Of a DNA stretch of 64,000 bases, positions 29,336 to 38,599 are shown in pieces (position 1 is the first letter of the stretch; every line of letters begins with the position of its first letter). The notes beneath the pieces were generated by a model, which saw nothing but the letters and a program-made list of their open reading frames with translations, ran no database searches and was not told the DNA's origin. Origin of the DNA: Anaerolineales bacterium (lineage in GTDB: Bacteria; Chloroflexota; Anaerolineae; Anaerolineales; RBG-16-64-43); the NCBI GenBank assembly GCA_049511715.1, contig JBEKXU010000002.1, positions 100,994 to 164,993 of the forward strand, written 5' to 3'. The translations under genes were made by a program, and so were the position numbers.

Positions 29336-31000
29336 TCACCAGCCGCTGGCGGCAAAGGCTTGTGACAGCAGGGCCGCGCGCTCGGGTGGGGTCATCGGGC
29401 GCGGGCGGGCATAGTCTTCCAGCATCGCGGTGAGGAGCTCTGTTCCCAGGTAGCGGCCGTCATAGAAGACGTGCCGGTCGATGAATTCCCAGCGGGTGCC
29501 GGGGACGATCTGGCCGAACTGGTTGCGGTAGAGCATTTGGTCAAAGAAAAGGTTGCCGAGCCCATAATGGATGAAGGATCTCTGGTCAAAGGCCATCGCC
29601 TGGGGATAGTGGGATTGGCTTCCGCTGACGATGACCGCGCCGGCGTCGGCCATGGCCTTGAAATCCCGCACCTGATCCGGACGGGGCGGGAAGGTGTAGT
29701 ACTGATAATACTGAAACGTTGCGATCGGTAGGATTCCCTGGCTGCGCAGCTCCCGGATCTGAGCGGTCATGTAGTTCAGGTCGCAGGGGGCCGTCCCTGG
29801 CCGATCCTCCGTGGCCCAGTCATACGCGGGACCGACCGGATTGCAGCCAATAAAGGCAATCCGGTTGCCGTGGTTCGTTAGCACAATCGGCTTGCGCGCG
29901 TCCTCCAGGTTCTCGCCCCCGCCATAATAGGGCCACCCAAGTTGACGGTACAGTTGCAGGGTGTACCTGTCCGCGCTCGTCCCCCAGTCGTTGAGGTGAT
30001 TTCCTGTCAACTCGACGACATCCGTGCCCACATCCTCCAGCAGTTGAATGTAGCGGGGGTCCTCGCAGAAGAAGAGGTCTAATTGGTCCCGGTTTGGATA
30101 GGGGCACCCCGGAGCGAAGGAGGCTTGGTTGCTGATGTGGGTGATGTCCGCATCCCTTAGCCAATCCCCGATGTCGCGGGCCGGATAGTCAATCCCCTTC
30201 TGTTCCATCGTCCAGGCTGTGGCCCGCACCAGCGCGGTCACGCCCGTCATCACCAGAGTCGTCAGTTTGGCCGGGTCGCGGTTGCTGGAGGGCACCGTTC
30301 CCCGCAGGGCCTGGGCCAGGCTCTCCGCCTGTGGGTCAGGCCCGTCAACTCCCAGAGACACCGTCAGGCCATAGGCGGTGGGGCTGAAGTCCTTGTGGAT
30401 CGGCGAGCTGCCGTCCACCTCGAGGACCTTCCAGCGGGGCTCAATGCTTTCGAAGGGAATGATTGCCCAGGCCGGACGGTGAGCCCAGGCGTAGGCGACG
30501 ATTTGGTCCGCAGGCAGCACCTGGGTCGCGCCGGGAGCCGGCGCCTGCCAGGACGCGCTCAGCACGGCAAGCGTATCCTGGCTCATCAGGATGGGTCGCC
30601 CGGCAAAGGGCCCCGAACTTCCTCCCTGCCAGTCGTTGCGCAGGTCCTGCAGGGACACGCCATCCGGGATGGTCGGGAAGGGAGCGACCAGGGCATAAAC
30701 CCAGGCGCTCAGGGGTCGCCGCCCGCCAGCCTCAAGGCGCAAGTTGGCGGAGCTCGAGTCCCGGGTCTGAGAGAAGCCGGAAGGGAACCGCAGCGCGGCG
30801 AGAAAAGCCGCCGGCAGCCCGGGTGAGACCCAGACGCTCGTCACTTGCGGCGCGGCAGTGGGGCTGGGCGTCGGCGTCGCCATGGAGGTCGACTCAGCCG
30901 CCTTGCTGAGCAGGGGCGCGCAGGCACTGGTAAGCAGGATCATGCAAAGCACCCGCAGGGCTGCCCGCGGGTGCCAAGGACGCAGCACCGGCCGAGTCAT
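29336..31000 (-). CDS. CapA/PGA_cap-family metallophosphatase-fold protein, secreted, with extra N-terminal domain
   Basis: The leader is ..LCMILLTSACAPLL. TGNHLNDWG, AFIGCN and VIVSGSQSHYPQAM are present. The ATG at 31000 overlaps the polA stop as ATGA. Confidence 0.7.
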   Translation of the reverse strand: MTRPVLRPWHPRAALRVLCMILLTSACAPLLSKAAESTSMATPTPSPTAAPQVTSVWVSPGLPAAFLAALRFPSGFSQTRDSSSANLRLEAGGRRPLSAWVYALVAPFPTIPDGVSLQDLRNDWQGGSSGPFAGRPILMSQDTLAVLSASWQAPAPGATQVLPADQIVAYAWAHRPAWAIIPFESIEPRWKVLEVDGSSPIHKDFSPTAYGLTVSLGVDGPDPQAESLAQALRGTVPSSNRDPAKLTTLVMTGVTALVRATAWTMEQKGIDYPARDIGDWLRDADITHISNQASFAPGCPYPNRDQLDLFFCEDPRYIQLLEDVGTDVVELTGNHLNDWGTSADRYTLQLYRQLGWPYYGGGENLEDARKPIVLTNHGNRIAFIGCNPVGPAYDWATEDRPGTAPCDLNYMTAQIRELRSQGILPIATFQYYQYYTFPPRPDQVRDFKAMADAGAVIVSGSQSHYPQAMAFDQRSFIHYGLGNLFFDQMLYRNQFGQIVPGTRWEFIDRHVFYDGRYLGTELLTAMLEDYARPRPMTPPERAALLSQAFAASGW

Positions 31001-33762
31001 GAGCGCGGCAGGGCCTCCATTTCTTCCCAATTGTCTCCGGCCTGGCACTCGGTCGAGACTTCTACCGACAGGGCAAGCGCGTGTTCCATCTCACGGGCGG
31101 CAAGCGCAGCCAGTTCCTGGACCTCATTGCGGGGAACGTCGAAGACAAGCTCGTCATGGACCTGGAGGATCATGGAGCCGTGAAGACCGGCCTGAGCCAG
31201 AACCGCGGGGAGGCGAATCATGGCCAGCTTGATCATATCGGCCGCCGTGCCCTGCACTGGCGCGTTGATGGCCTCCCGCTCGGCCCGGTTGCGCGCCGTG
31301 ACGTCGATCCGGGATCCGGGCTGAAGCTCCGGAAAGTACCGGCGTCGGCCGAGCAGGGTTTCGACATAGCCCTGTTCGGCGGCCAGGCGCTTGGTGTGCT
31401 CGATATAGTCTCGGATTCTGGGGAATCGTTCGAAGTAGGCCCGGATGAAAGCTTCGGCCTCCGCGAGAGTGAGGTCGCTGGCCCGAGTCAGGCCGTAGGC
31501 GGTTTGACCGTAGAGCAGGCCAAAGTTGACCGCCTTGGCGTGGCGGCGCATTTCGGGCGTAACCGCTGCGATCGGCACGTTGTAGACCGCCGCCGCCGTG
31601 GCGGCATGAATATCCTCGCCCCGGCGAAACGCCTCGCTCATCCCGGGGTCCTGGGCGATGTGCGCGGCCACGCGCAGCTCGATTTGGGAGTAGTCGATCG
31701 AAACCAGGCGGCATCCCGGCGAGGCAAGGAACGCGCGGCGGATGCGGCGTCCGAGGTCCGTGCGTGTCGGGATGTTCTGAAGGTTCGGGTCGGAGGAGGA
31801 GATTCGTCCCGTCACGGTTCCGGTTTGATGGTAGGAGGTGTGCACCCGCCCGGTCTCCGGGTTGATCTCGCCGAGAAGACCCTCCACAAAGGCAGAGAGC
31901 AGTTTGGAGAGTTCCCGCTGCTGCAGGATGAAATCCACCGCAGGGTGCTCTCCGCGGAGCGATTCCAACACATCCGCCGCCGTGGAGTATTTGCCGGTAG
32001 CCGTCTTGCGCGAGCGGTCGGGCGGTTTGAGCGCCAGGCGGGTGAAGAGCACATCCGCCAGCTGCTGGGTGGAGTTTAGGTTGAAGGAGGTGCCGACCAG
32101 GTCGAAAACCTTTTGCTGAAGTTGCTGCAGATCGTTCCTCCAGGTTTCTCCCAGGCCCTGCAAATAAGCCGAGTCCAGCCGAACGCCTGTCATCTCCATG
32201 CCGGCCAGGACCGGGATCAAAGGCATCTCCAGATCTCCAAAGAGCTTGAGCTGCCCCTTGGACTCGAGCTCGTCTCGGAGCGGCCGGACCAGGCGCAGGG
32301 ATAAGTCGGCGTCGGCGCAGGCGTAGGGGGCCGCCTTCTCGGCCGGCACCTGGTCCATCGTGATCTGCTTGGCCCCTCGGCCGATCAGGTCTTCAATGTG
32401 CGTCATCTCGACTTTCAGACGCACGAAGGCCAGTTCTTTGAGCCCCAGAATGTGCGAGGCGGGATTGCAAAGCCACTCCGCCAGCATGGTGTCGAACGCA
32501 ATCGGCGCAACGGGGAGACCCGCCCGGGCAAGCACCACATAGTCATATTTCAGATTGTGGCCCAGCTTAGGCAGGTGGGGGTCGGAGAGGGGGGCGCGCA
32601 TCCTATCGATCACCGCCTCGATCGCCAGGTTTGGACCGCCGGCGTGACCCAGGGGGATGTAGAAGCCCTCCCCCTCACGGAACGCCAGGGCGATGCCCAC
32701 CAAGCGGGCCCGGATCGGGTCGAGGGAGGTCGTCTCGACGTCGACGGCGAGCTGGGCGGCGCTGCTCAGATCCCTTAGCAGCCCGTCCAGGTCCGGCATC
32801 CCGGCGATCAGGTGCCACTGGGTAGAGGTTGCCCCGGCCGAGGCCTCCTGAACGAACAGAGGAGCCTGGCGCACTTCCTCCAAGGGGGCCGGAAGACGGC
32901 TGAGAAGGGAACGGAATTCGAGCTGGCGGAAGGTCTCCAGGACCTCCGGCCGATCCATGCGGCCGACGCGACAGGATTCCGGATCGAGTCTCACGGGAAC
33001 ATCCCGGCGGATCGCCGAAAGGGTCCTGGACAGGAAGGCGTTCTCTTTTCCCGCCTCCAGCTTCGCCCGCACGCGAGGAAGAAGTTCCTCCAAGCGAGCG
33101 TAGATGGTATCCAGGTCGCCGTATCGCTGCAAAAGGTCCGTCGCCGTTTTCTCCCCGACGCCGCGTACCCCCGGGATGTTGTCCGACTTGTCCCCCACGA
33201 GAGCCTTGAAGTCCACCATCTGGTCCGGACGCACCCCATACTGCTCCAGGACCTTCTGAGGGGTGTAGTCCGTGGATTCCGAGAGAGAGCGGCCCGCCAG
33301 GCGAATGGTCACTTGGTCGGTCACCAGTTGCAGCAAGTCCCGATCCCCGGTCAGGATGATGGATTTCCAGCCGCGGGCCGTGGCCTGCTCCGCCAGGGTT
33401 CCCAGAACATCGTCCGCCTCGTATCCCTCCGCTTCAAAGATCGGCAGGCGGAAGGCGGAAACCACTTGGCGGATGCGCTCAATCTGGGGGGCCAGATCGG
33501 CGGGCATCTTGGCCCGGGTTGCCTTGTAGGCGGGGTACAAGTCGTCCCGAAAAGTGCGCCCGGTGTCGAAGGCCACGGCCAGATTCTCCGGGCGCTCGCG
33601 GTCCAAGAGCGATAGGAGCACGGAGGTAAAGCCATAAACGCCCGCGGTTGGCTCTCCGGAACTCGTGATCCAGCGCGAGGAGTCTGTGCCTGCCCCCGTG
33701 AGAGCGAAGTACGTCCGATAGGCCAGGGCGTGTCCGTCAATCAGATAGAAAAGGGGGACCAT
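30997..33762 (-). CDS. polA: DNA polymerase I
   Basis: The 5'-nuclease N-terminus is LIDGHALAYRTYFA. Polymerase motifs are DYSQIELR (A), RRHAKAVNFGLLYG (B) and QVHDELV (C). ATG at 33762 (MVPLFYLIDG). Confidence 0.95.
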   Translation of the reverse strand: MVPLFYLIDGHALAYRTYFALTGAGTDSSRWITSSGEPTAGVYGFTSVLLSLLDRERPENLAVAFDTGRTFRDDLYPAYKATRAKMPADLAPQIERIRQVVSAFRLPIFEAEGYEADDVLGTLAEQATARGWKSIILTGDRDLLQLVTDQVTIRLAGRSLSESTDYTPQKVLEQYGVRPDQMVDFKALVGDKSDNIPGVRGVGEKTATDLLQRYGDLDTIYARLEELLPRVRAKLEAGKENAFLSRTLSAIRRDVPVRLDPESCRVGRMDRPEVLETFRQLEFRSLLSRLPAPLEEVRQAPLFVQEASAGATSTQWHLIAGMPDLDGLLRDLSSAAQLAVDVETTSLDPIRARLVGIALAFREGEGFYIPLGHAGGPNLAIEAVIDRMRAPLSDPHLPKLGHNLKYDYVVLARAGLPVAPIAFDTMLAEWLCNPASHILGLKELAFVRLKVEMTHIEDLIGRGAKQITMDQVPAEKAAPYACADADLSLRLVRPLRDELESKGQLKLFGDLEMPLIPVLAGMEMTGVRLDSAYLQGLGETWRNDLQQLQQKVFDLVGTSFNLNSTQQLADVLFTRLALKPPDRSRKTATGKYSTAADVLESLRGEHPAVDFILQQRELSKLLSAFVEGLLGEINPETGRVHTSYHQTGTVTGRISSSDPNLQNIPTRTDLGRRIRRAFLASPGCRLVSIDYSQIELRVAAHIAQDPGMSEAFRRGEDIHAATAAAVYNVPIAAVTPEMRRHAKAVNFGLLYGQTAYGLTRASDLTLAEAEAFIRAYFERFPRIRDYIEHTKRLAAEQGYVETLLGRRRYFPELQPGSRIDVTARNRAEREAINAPVQGTAADMIKLAMIRLPAVLAQAGLHGSMILQVHDELVFDVPRNEVQELAALAAREMEHALALSVEVSTECQAGDNWEEMEALPRS

Positions 33763-33781
33763 GGAGACAGCCTGGGGGCCT

Positions 33782-35350
33782 TCAAAGGGGGGAGCCGGAC
33801 GGTGAAGCGAATCGGCCGGTGCGACGTGCCGGGTGGCTTTCGGCAAGGAAGTTTGCGATTTGGCCTGGGGTGGGAGGTTGTTCCTGGGTGGTCAACAAAT
33901 GCGAGCGGGCCCAGAAGTCTCCTGCCTGGCCCTGGGGCACCAAAGAGGGGAAACGTCCGAGCAAATGGTCGGTCGTCATGCTCCGCAGGCGGCCAACGAT
34001 TAGGCTGGGAAGAACCGTGGGCGGAGCGGAGAGGGATACCAGGAGGTAATCCGGGTGGGCACTCACCCGCATGGGACGACAGCCGAGGGCAACCACCAGG
34101 TTGCGAGTGAAGCCCTCCAGGTCGCTGGCCACTTCGGGAACCAGGCGCAGATTCTCGTCCGTGGGCGACAGTACAAGGTGGTAGGTCAGGCGGATGCTGC
34201 CGACCTCCCCCGCGGAGCTCTCGGCAGGTCCGGCACCCTTGAGCGAAAAGGGCGGCTCGGCCGAACCGGCGGAGCCTCTGCCAGGGACCTCTGGCCAGTC
34301 CTGCAACCTGTGGGTGCCCATCGTGTAGATATCCTCGGGTTGCAGCCGGCGGGTCCCCATCGTGTAGATGTCCTCGGGTTGCAGTCTGCGGGTCACACCA
34401 GGCTTGGACTCTTGAGGCCCTCGGGGAGTGGCAACTCCCGTTCCCGCCTTTGTCTGGGGCGCCTCATGAGGGGCCCGGGAAGCCGGGACTTCCGACTCCC
34501 TCACGGGCGGCAGCGGTAGCGCCGGGGGTTCTTCCAAGGCGGCCAGGATCTGCCGAGCCTGAGCTCTCATTCTTGCCGAGGGTTGCCACGTATCGAAGAC
34601 CAGCGTGAGGTGCAGTCCCGCCGGGGCCGGGGTGGAGTACAAGAGATAGTCCTCCTCCCGCGAAGGAACGTTCAGGTAACGCACGACCACCCCACCCATG
34701 GAAGGGGACCAATTCTCCCTGATGGCCTGGGCGGCGGCTTGTGCCTCCGCTGGCTGCAGGTCCCCACAGGCAGCCCACACCTGTCCTGAGCGACTGAGGA
34801 GGCAAGCAGTTGCTTCGATCGTCGGCTGGAGGGAAGCCAGCAGGTCCTGGGCAAAGCGGGGGTCCTGGAGCGGGCTGGGCAACACCTCCGCCGCCTTGGG
34901 AATGGCGCCAGCCGGGGTCTCGGCCGCGCGCATCTCCGTCACGGTGAGGCTGACGGGAGGCCCCGTCGGCATTTCTGGTTTGCGGGCGGCCCGGGCTTCC
35001 AGAAGTTTCCTGATCAGGGGCAGGAAGTCGGGCAGATAGAAAGGCTTGGTCGTTGCGGCTTGAAGCCCGAGAGATTCGACCAACGGGTGATGAGGATCGT
35101 TGTCTGGCGGGATGCCTACCAGGATGAGGCTGGGGTTGAGCGCGCGCAGCGAGCGCACGAATTCCTCCGGTGTCCCCTCCGGAAGGTCCAGATCCAGAAT
35201 GGCCAAGTCGAACGACACCGTCGAGGCCAGGTGCAGCGCTTCCTGGTCGGTCTGGGCCACCTGGCAGTCGTACCCAGCTTCCTGCAAGGCCTGCTGCACC
35301 ATGCCGGCAAAGCCCGGGTTGGGATCAAGGACCAGGATCGAGCTGGCCAT
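33782..35350 (-). CDS. Multi-domain response regulator: receiver + possible Roadblock/LC7-like domain + Pro-rich repeat linker + degenerate IS200/IS605-TnpA-like (HUH/Y1) domain
   Basis: The receiver has ILVLDPNP, LAILDLDLPEG and TKPF. The C-terminus LTYHLVLSP..HPDYLLVSLSAPPTVLPSLIVGRLRS..DFWARSHLLTT..IANFLAE parallels the Y1 transposase layout but lacks the HUH histidines and the catalytic Tyr. Confidence 0.7.
   Translation of the reverse strand: MASSILVLDPNPGFAGMVQQALQEAGYDCQVAQTDQEALHLASTVSFDLAILDLDLPEGTPEEFVRSLRALNPSLILVGIPPDNDPHHPLVESLGLQAATTKPFYLPDFLPLIRKLLEARAARKPEMPTGPPVSLTVTEMRAAETPAGAIPKAAEVLPSPLQDPRFAQDLLASLQPTIEATACLLSRSGQVWAACGDLQPAEAQAAAQAIRENWSPSMGGVVVRYLNVPSREEDYLLYSTPAPAGLHLTLVFDTWQPSARMRAQARQILAALEEPPALPLPPVRESEVPASRAPHEAPQTKAGTGVATPRGPQESKPGVTRRLQPEDIYTMGTRRLQPEDIYTMGTHRLQDWPEVPGRGSAGSAEPPFSLKGAGPAESSAGEVGSIRLTYHLVLSPTDENLRLVPEVASDLEGFTRNLVVALGCRPMRVSAHPDYLLVSLSAPPTVLPSLIVGRLRSMTTDHLLGRFPSLVPQGQAGDFWARSHLLTTQEQPPTPGQIANFLAESHPARRTGRFASPSGSPL
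34313..34390 (-). repeat. In-frame 39-nt tandem duplication (2 copies) inside the response-regulator linker
   Basis: It encodes RRLQPEDIYTMGT twice. At DNA level the copies differ at only 4-5 positions. Confidence 0.85.
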
Positions 35351-35476
35351 ACAAGTAGTTTAGCACAGACTAAGGGGCCAGCCTGGCAAGGGGCTGCGAT
35401 TTGAGAACGAAAGCAGGGGCACATTTGGTGTGCCCCTGCATGGTTCCCGGGCACTTTCGGCCAGAGGGCCGCCGGC

Positions 35477-36514
35477 CTATTTGCCGAGGCGCTTCTTGAG
35501 TTCCTCGGTCAGGGCGGGGAGAACCTGGTGCATGTCGCCTACCACCCCAAAGCGCGCCAGTCCGAAGATGGGAGCCTCAGGGTCTTTGTTGATGGCGACA
35601 ATCGTCTTGGCCGTGCGCATTCCGGCTTGGTGCTGAATCGCGCCGGAGATGCCGCAAGCAATGTAGACGTCGGGGGATACGACCTTGCCCGTCTGCCCCA
35701 CCTGGTTGGCGTAGGGAATGTAGCCGGCATCCACAGCCGCGCGGCTGGCCCCCACGGCGGCACCCAGCACGCTGGCCAGCTCGCGGACCAGCTTGAATCC
35801 CTGCTGGGCCTTCCAGATCTCCTTTTGCTTATCATCGGTGATATCCGCTGGCGGAGTGAGGTTGGGGTTGTTCGCCACACCGCGTCCCCCGGAAACGATG
35901 ATCTTTGCATCCGTCAAGCTGACCCCGCCCTCGGAGGCGACGTATCCGGAAACCTTTGTGTGCAGGTCCGACTCGCTCTGGGTTGGGTTCACCTCGGTGG
36001 CCGTTCCGCTTTTGCCGGGTTGGGCCTCGGGCATGGCAAAAGCGCGCGGCCGTAAGCTCACGATGCGGGTTCCCCCGGAGGCAAAGACGGCGGTCGTAAA
36101 GAGCTTGCCGGCATAGACCGGGCGGGTGACTCGCAGGGCGCCGTCCTTCGTCTCCAGCCCGGTCGCGTCGGGAATCGCTCCGCAACCGAGCTCGGCGGCC
36201 ACCAGGGCCGTGATATCCCGGCCGCGAGTGGTGCAGGGGATCAGCAGAAGTCCCGGTTTCTTCTCTGCGGCGAGGTGCGCGACAAGTCCTGCGAATGCTT
36301 CGGCGCGGAATTCTTCGAGCAGCGGGTGTTGACTCCACAGGACCTGGTCGGCCCCGAATTGGAAGGCTTCTTTGGCAATCGCCTGGGCCCCGGGCCCAAA
36401 CACGAGTGCCGTGACGGGGCCTCCCATCGTCTTCGCTTGCCCCAAGGCCTCCCAGGAAGCGGGCAGAGGCGTACCCTTGAACTGATCGACGTAGACCCAA
36501 GTCTCGTTGCTCAT
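35477..36514 (-). CDS. etfA: Electron transfer flavoprotein alpha subunit
   Basis: The FAD-binding tail reads IIVSGGRG..LGAAVGASRAAVDAGY..NQVGQTGKVV.PDVYIACGISGAIQH. It overlaps the etfB stop by 1 nt (TGATG). Confidence 0.9.
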   Translation of the reverse strand: MSNETWVYVDQFKGTPLPASWEALGQAKTMGGPVTALVFGPGAQAIAKEAFQFGADQVLWSQHPLLEEFRAEAFAGLVAHLAAEKKPGLLLIPCTTRGRDITALVAAELGCGAIPDATGLETKDGALRVTRPVYAGKLFTTAVFASGGTRIVSLRPRAFAMPEAQPGKSGTATEVNPTQSESDLHTKVSGYVASEGGVSLTDAKIIVSGGRGVANNPNLTPPADITDDKQKEIWKAQQGFKLVRELASVLGAAVGASRAAVDAGYIPYANQVGQTGKVVSPDVYIACGISGAIQHQAGMRTAKTIVAINKDPEAPIFGLARFGVVGDMHQVLPALTEELKKRLGK

Positions 36515-37308
36515 CAGATCACCTTCTCCGCAATCAGTCGGTCGACTAGGACCCGGGCGGTTTCTTGAGGGGTCTCGCCCTTAACAACCTCGCATTCCAC
36601 TTTGTGGACGGGCGGGGCGTAGATCTCGGACCAGGATACGAGAGCCCCTCCACGGCCAACCTGGGACGGTTCCACTCCCAACTCCGCGATGGACCAGGTG
36701 GGAATGGTCGCCTTGGAGGCTTTGCGAATCCCCATGAAGGAGGGATAGCGTGGCTCGTTAATCTCTTTGGTCACGCTCATCACGGCCGGAAGCTGCGCCT
36801 GGACCACCTGTCGGCCTTCATCGATCATCCGCTGGACGCGCATGGTCTTGGTCTCGGGCTTGATCTCCTCGACCGCAGCCACGTAGGTGAGGACAGGCCA
36901 GCCCAGGAGACGGGCCACTTGTCCCGTCGTCAGTCCGGTGTCTCCGTCGATCGCCTGGCGCCCGAACAGCGCGAGATCCACAGCGCCGATCTTGCGTATG
37001 GCCGAGGCCAGGACCCGTGCAGTGCCCAGGGTGTCCGAGCCCTTGAGCCCGGCATCGCTCACCAGGATCGCCTCGTCACAGCCCATGGCCAAGCCCGTCT
37101 TGAGCGCCTCTCGAGCGCTCTCAGGCCCCATGCTGATGGCTGTGACCTTGCCCCCGTGTTTTTCCTTCTGGCGGAGGGCCTCCTCCACGGCGTATTCATC
37201 CCAGGGGTTGACGATCAAGGGCGCGTCTCCCCAGGAAACGTGTCCGCCTTCCACGGTGACCTTAGCCGCCGAATCCGGAGTTTGTTTGACGCAGACGACG
37301 ATGTTCAA
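36514..37308 (-). CDS. etfB: Electron transfer flavoprotein beta subunit
   Basis: MNIVVCVKQTPDS...VNPWDEYAVEEALR..G.QAIDGDTG.TGQ. Confidence 0.9.
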   Translation of the reverse strand: MNIVVCVKQTPDSAAKVTVEGGHVSWGDAPLIVNPWDEYAVEEALRQKEKHGGKVTAISMGPESAREALKTGLAMGCDEAILVSDAGLKGSDTLGTARVLASAIRKIGAVDLALFGRQAIDGDTGLTTGQVARLLGWPVLTYVAAVEEIKPETKTMRVQRMIDEGRQVVQAQLPAVMSVTKEINEPRYPSFMGIRKASKATIPTWSIAELGVEPSQVGRGGALVSWSEIYAPPVHKVECEVVKGETPQETARVLVDRLIAEKVI

Positions 37309-37402
37309 GGTGACCTCCTCGTAAAGAAGCCCGGATGTTCAGAGATGCGCCGCCAGAGGCTCGAGAGGCTTCTCCGGTTCCCGAGCTCTGGCCCGGTGCG
37401 AA

Positions 37403-38599
37403 TCAGGGAGCCCGGTGGGCTGGTAGTTCTGTGCGCAGAGCCCCATCCTCCCGCAACCCCAGAGCATAACCGGCTTGAATCAGGGTGTGGATTTCGCTGG
37501 TTCCCTCGTAGATCATCGCGCCCCGTGCGTTGCGGAAGAAGCGCTCGACATCGAACTCGTCGCTATAGCCATAAGCGCCGTGCACCTGAAGAGCCTGGCT
37601 GGCGGCGTCGAAAGCGGCCTCCGTCGCGTACCACTTGGCCAAAGAGCTTTCGCGCGTGTTTCGCCGGCCTTGATTCTTCAGCCAGCCAGCGCGCAGGTAC
37701 AGCAGGCGGGCAATCTCATACTGTTGTGACATGCGTGCGATTTTCTCCTGGATGAGCTGGTGTTGGGCAATTTCTCGGCCGAAGGCCTTGCGCTCGCGGG
37801 CGTAGCTCACGCTCGCCGCGAGGCAGGCGCGGATCAGACCCGCCGCTCCGGCCGCAACCGTGTAGCGGCCGTTGTCCAGGCAAGACATCGCGATGGCGAA
37901 ACCCTCCCCCTCCTGGCCGATACGATTGCCTTCGGGAACACGCACTTCATCGCAGCGAACCCACCCAGTTGACCCCGCCCGTATGCCAAGCTTCCCCGGC
38001 AGATCACCGCGCGTCACCCCAGGCCGGTCCGTCTCCAGGAGAAACGCAGAGAGGCCGTCGTGAGGGTCTTTAGCTCCCGGATTCGTCCGGGCGAACCAAA
38101 GCACATGGTCAGCTTTGGTAGCGAGTGAGATCCACATCTTCTCGCCCTTGAGCAGATAGTCGTCCCCGTCGCGCCGTGCGGTGGAAGCGAGGTGGGCTGC
38201 GTCCGAACCGGCCCCCGGTTCCGTCAGGCCAAAAGCCGCGATCTTCTCCCCCCGGGCCTGGGGCACAAGGAAACGGCGCCTCTGTTCTTCGTTAGCCCAC
38301 TGCAACAGGCCCAGACTATTGAGTCCGACGTGGACGGACATCACCACCCGCAAGCTGGTATCGACACATTCGAGTTCCTCGCACGCCAGCCCCAGGGAAA
38401 TGTAGTCCAGATCCTGACCTCCGTAGGCCGAAGGGATGCACAGGCCCAGCAGGCCCTGGGCGGCCATGCGAGGCAAGACCTCCGGTGGCATTTCCGCCCG
38501 GCGGTCTGCCTCCTTGATATGCGCTGCAATCTCCCGCCGAGCGAATTCGCGCACGGTCTTCTGGAGAAGCAAGTGTTCTGAGGAGAGCTCGAAGTCCAA
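37403..38599 (-). CDS. Acyl-CoA dehydrogenase
   Basis: FGLTEPGAGSD, KMWISLA and the C-terminal YEGTSEIH catalytic-base region. It is adjacent to etfBA. Confidence 0.9.
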   Translation of the reverse strand: MDFELSSEHLLLQKTVREFARREIAAHIKEADRRAEMPPEVLPRMAAQGLLGLCIPSAYGGQDLDYISLGLACEELECVDTSLRVVMSVHVGLNSLGLLQWANEEQRRRFLVPQARGEKIAAFGLTEPGAGSDAAHLASTARRDGDDYLLKGEKMWISLATKADHVLWFARTNPGAKDPHDGLSAFLLETDRPGVTRGDLPGKLGIRAGSTGWVRCDEVRVPEGNRIGQEGEGFAIAMSCLDNGRYTVAAGAAGLIRACLAASVSYARERKAFGREIAQHQLIQEKIARMSQQYEIARLLYLRAGWLKNQGRRNTRESSLAKWYATEAAFDAASQALQVHGAYGYSDEFDVERFFRNARGAMIYEGTSEIHTLIQAGYALGLREDGALRTELPAHRAP

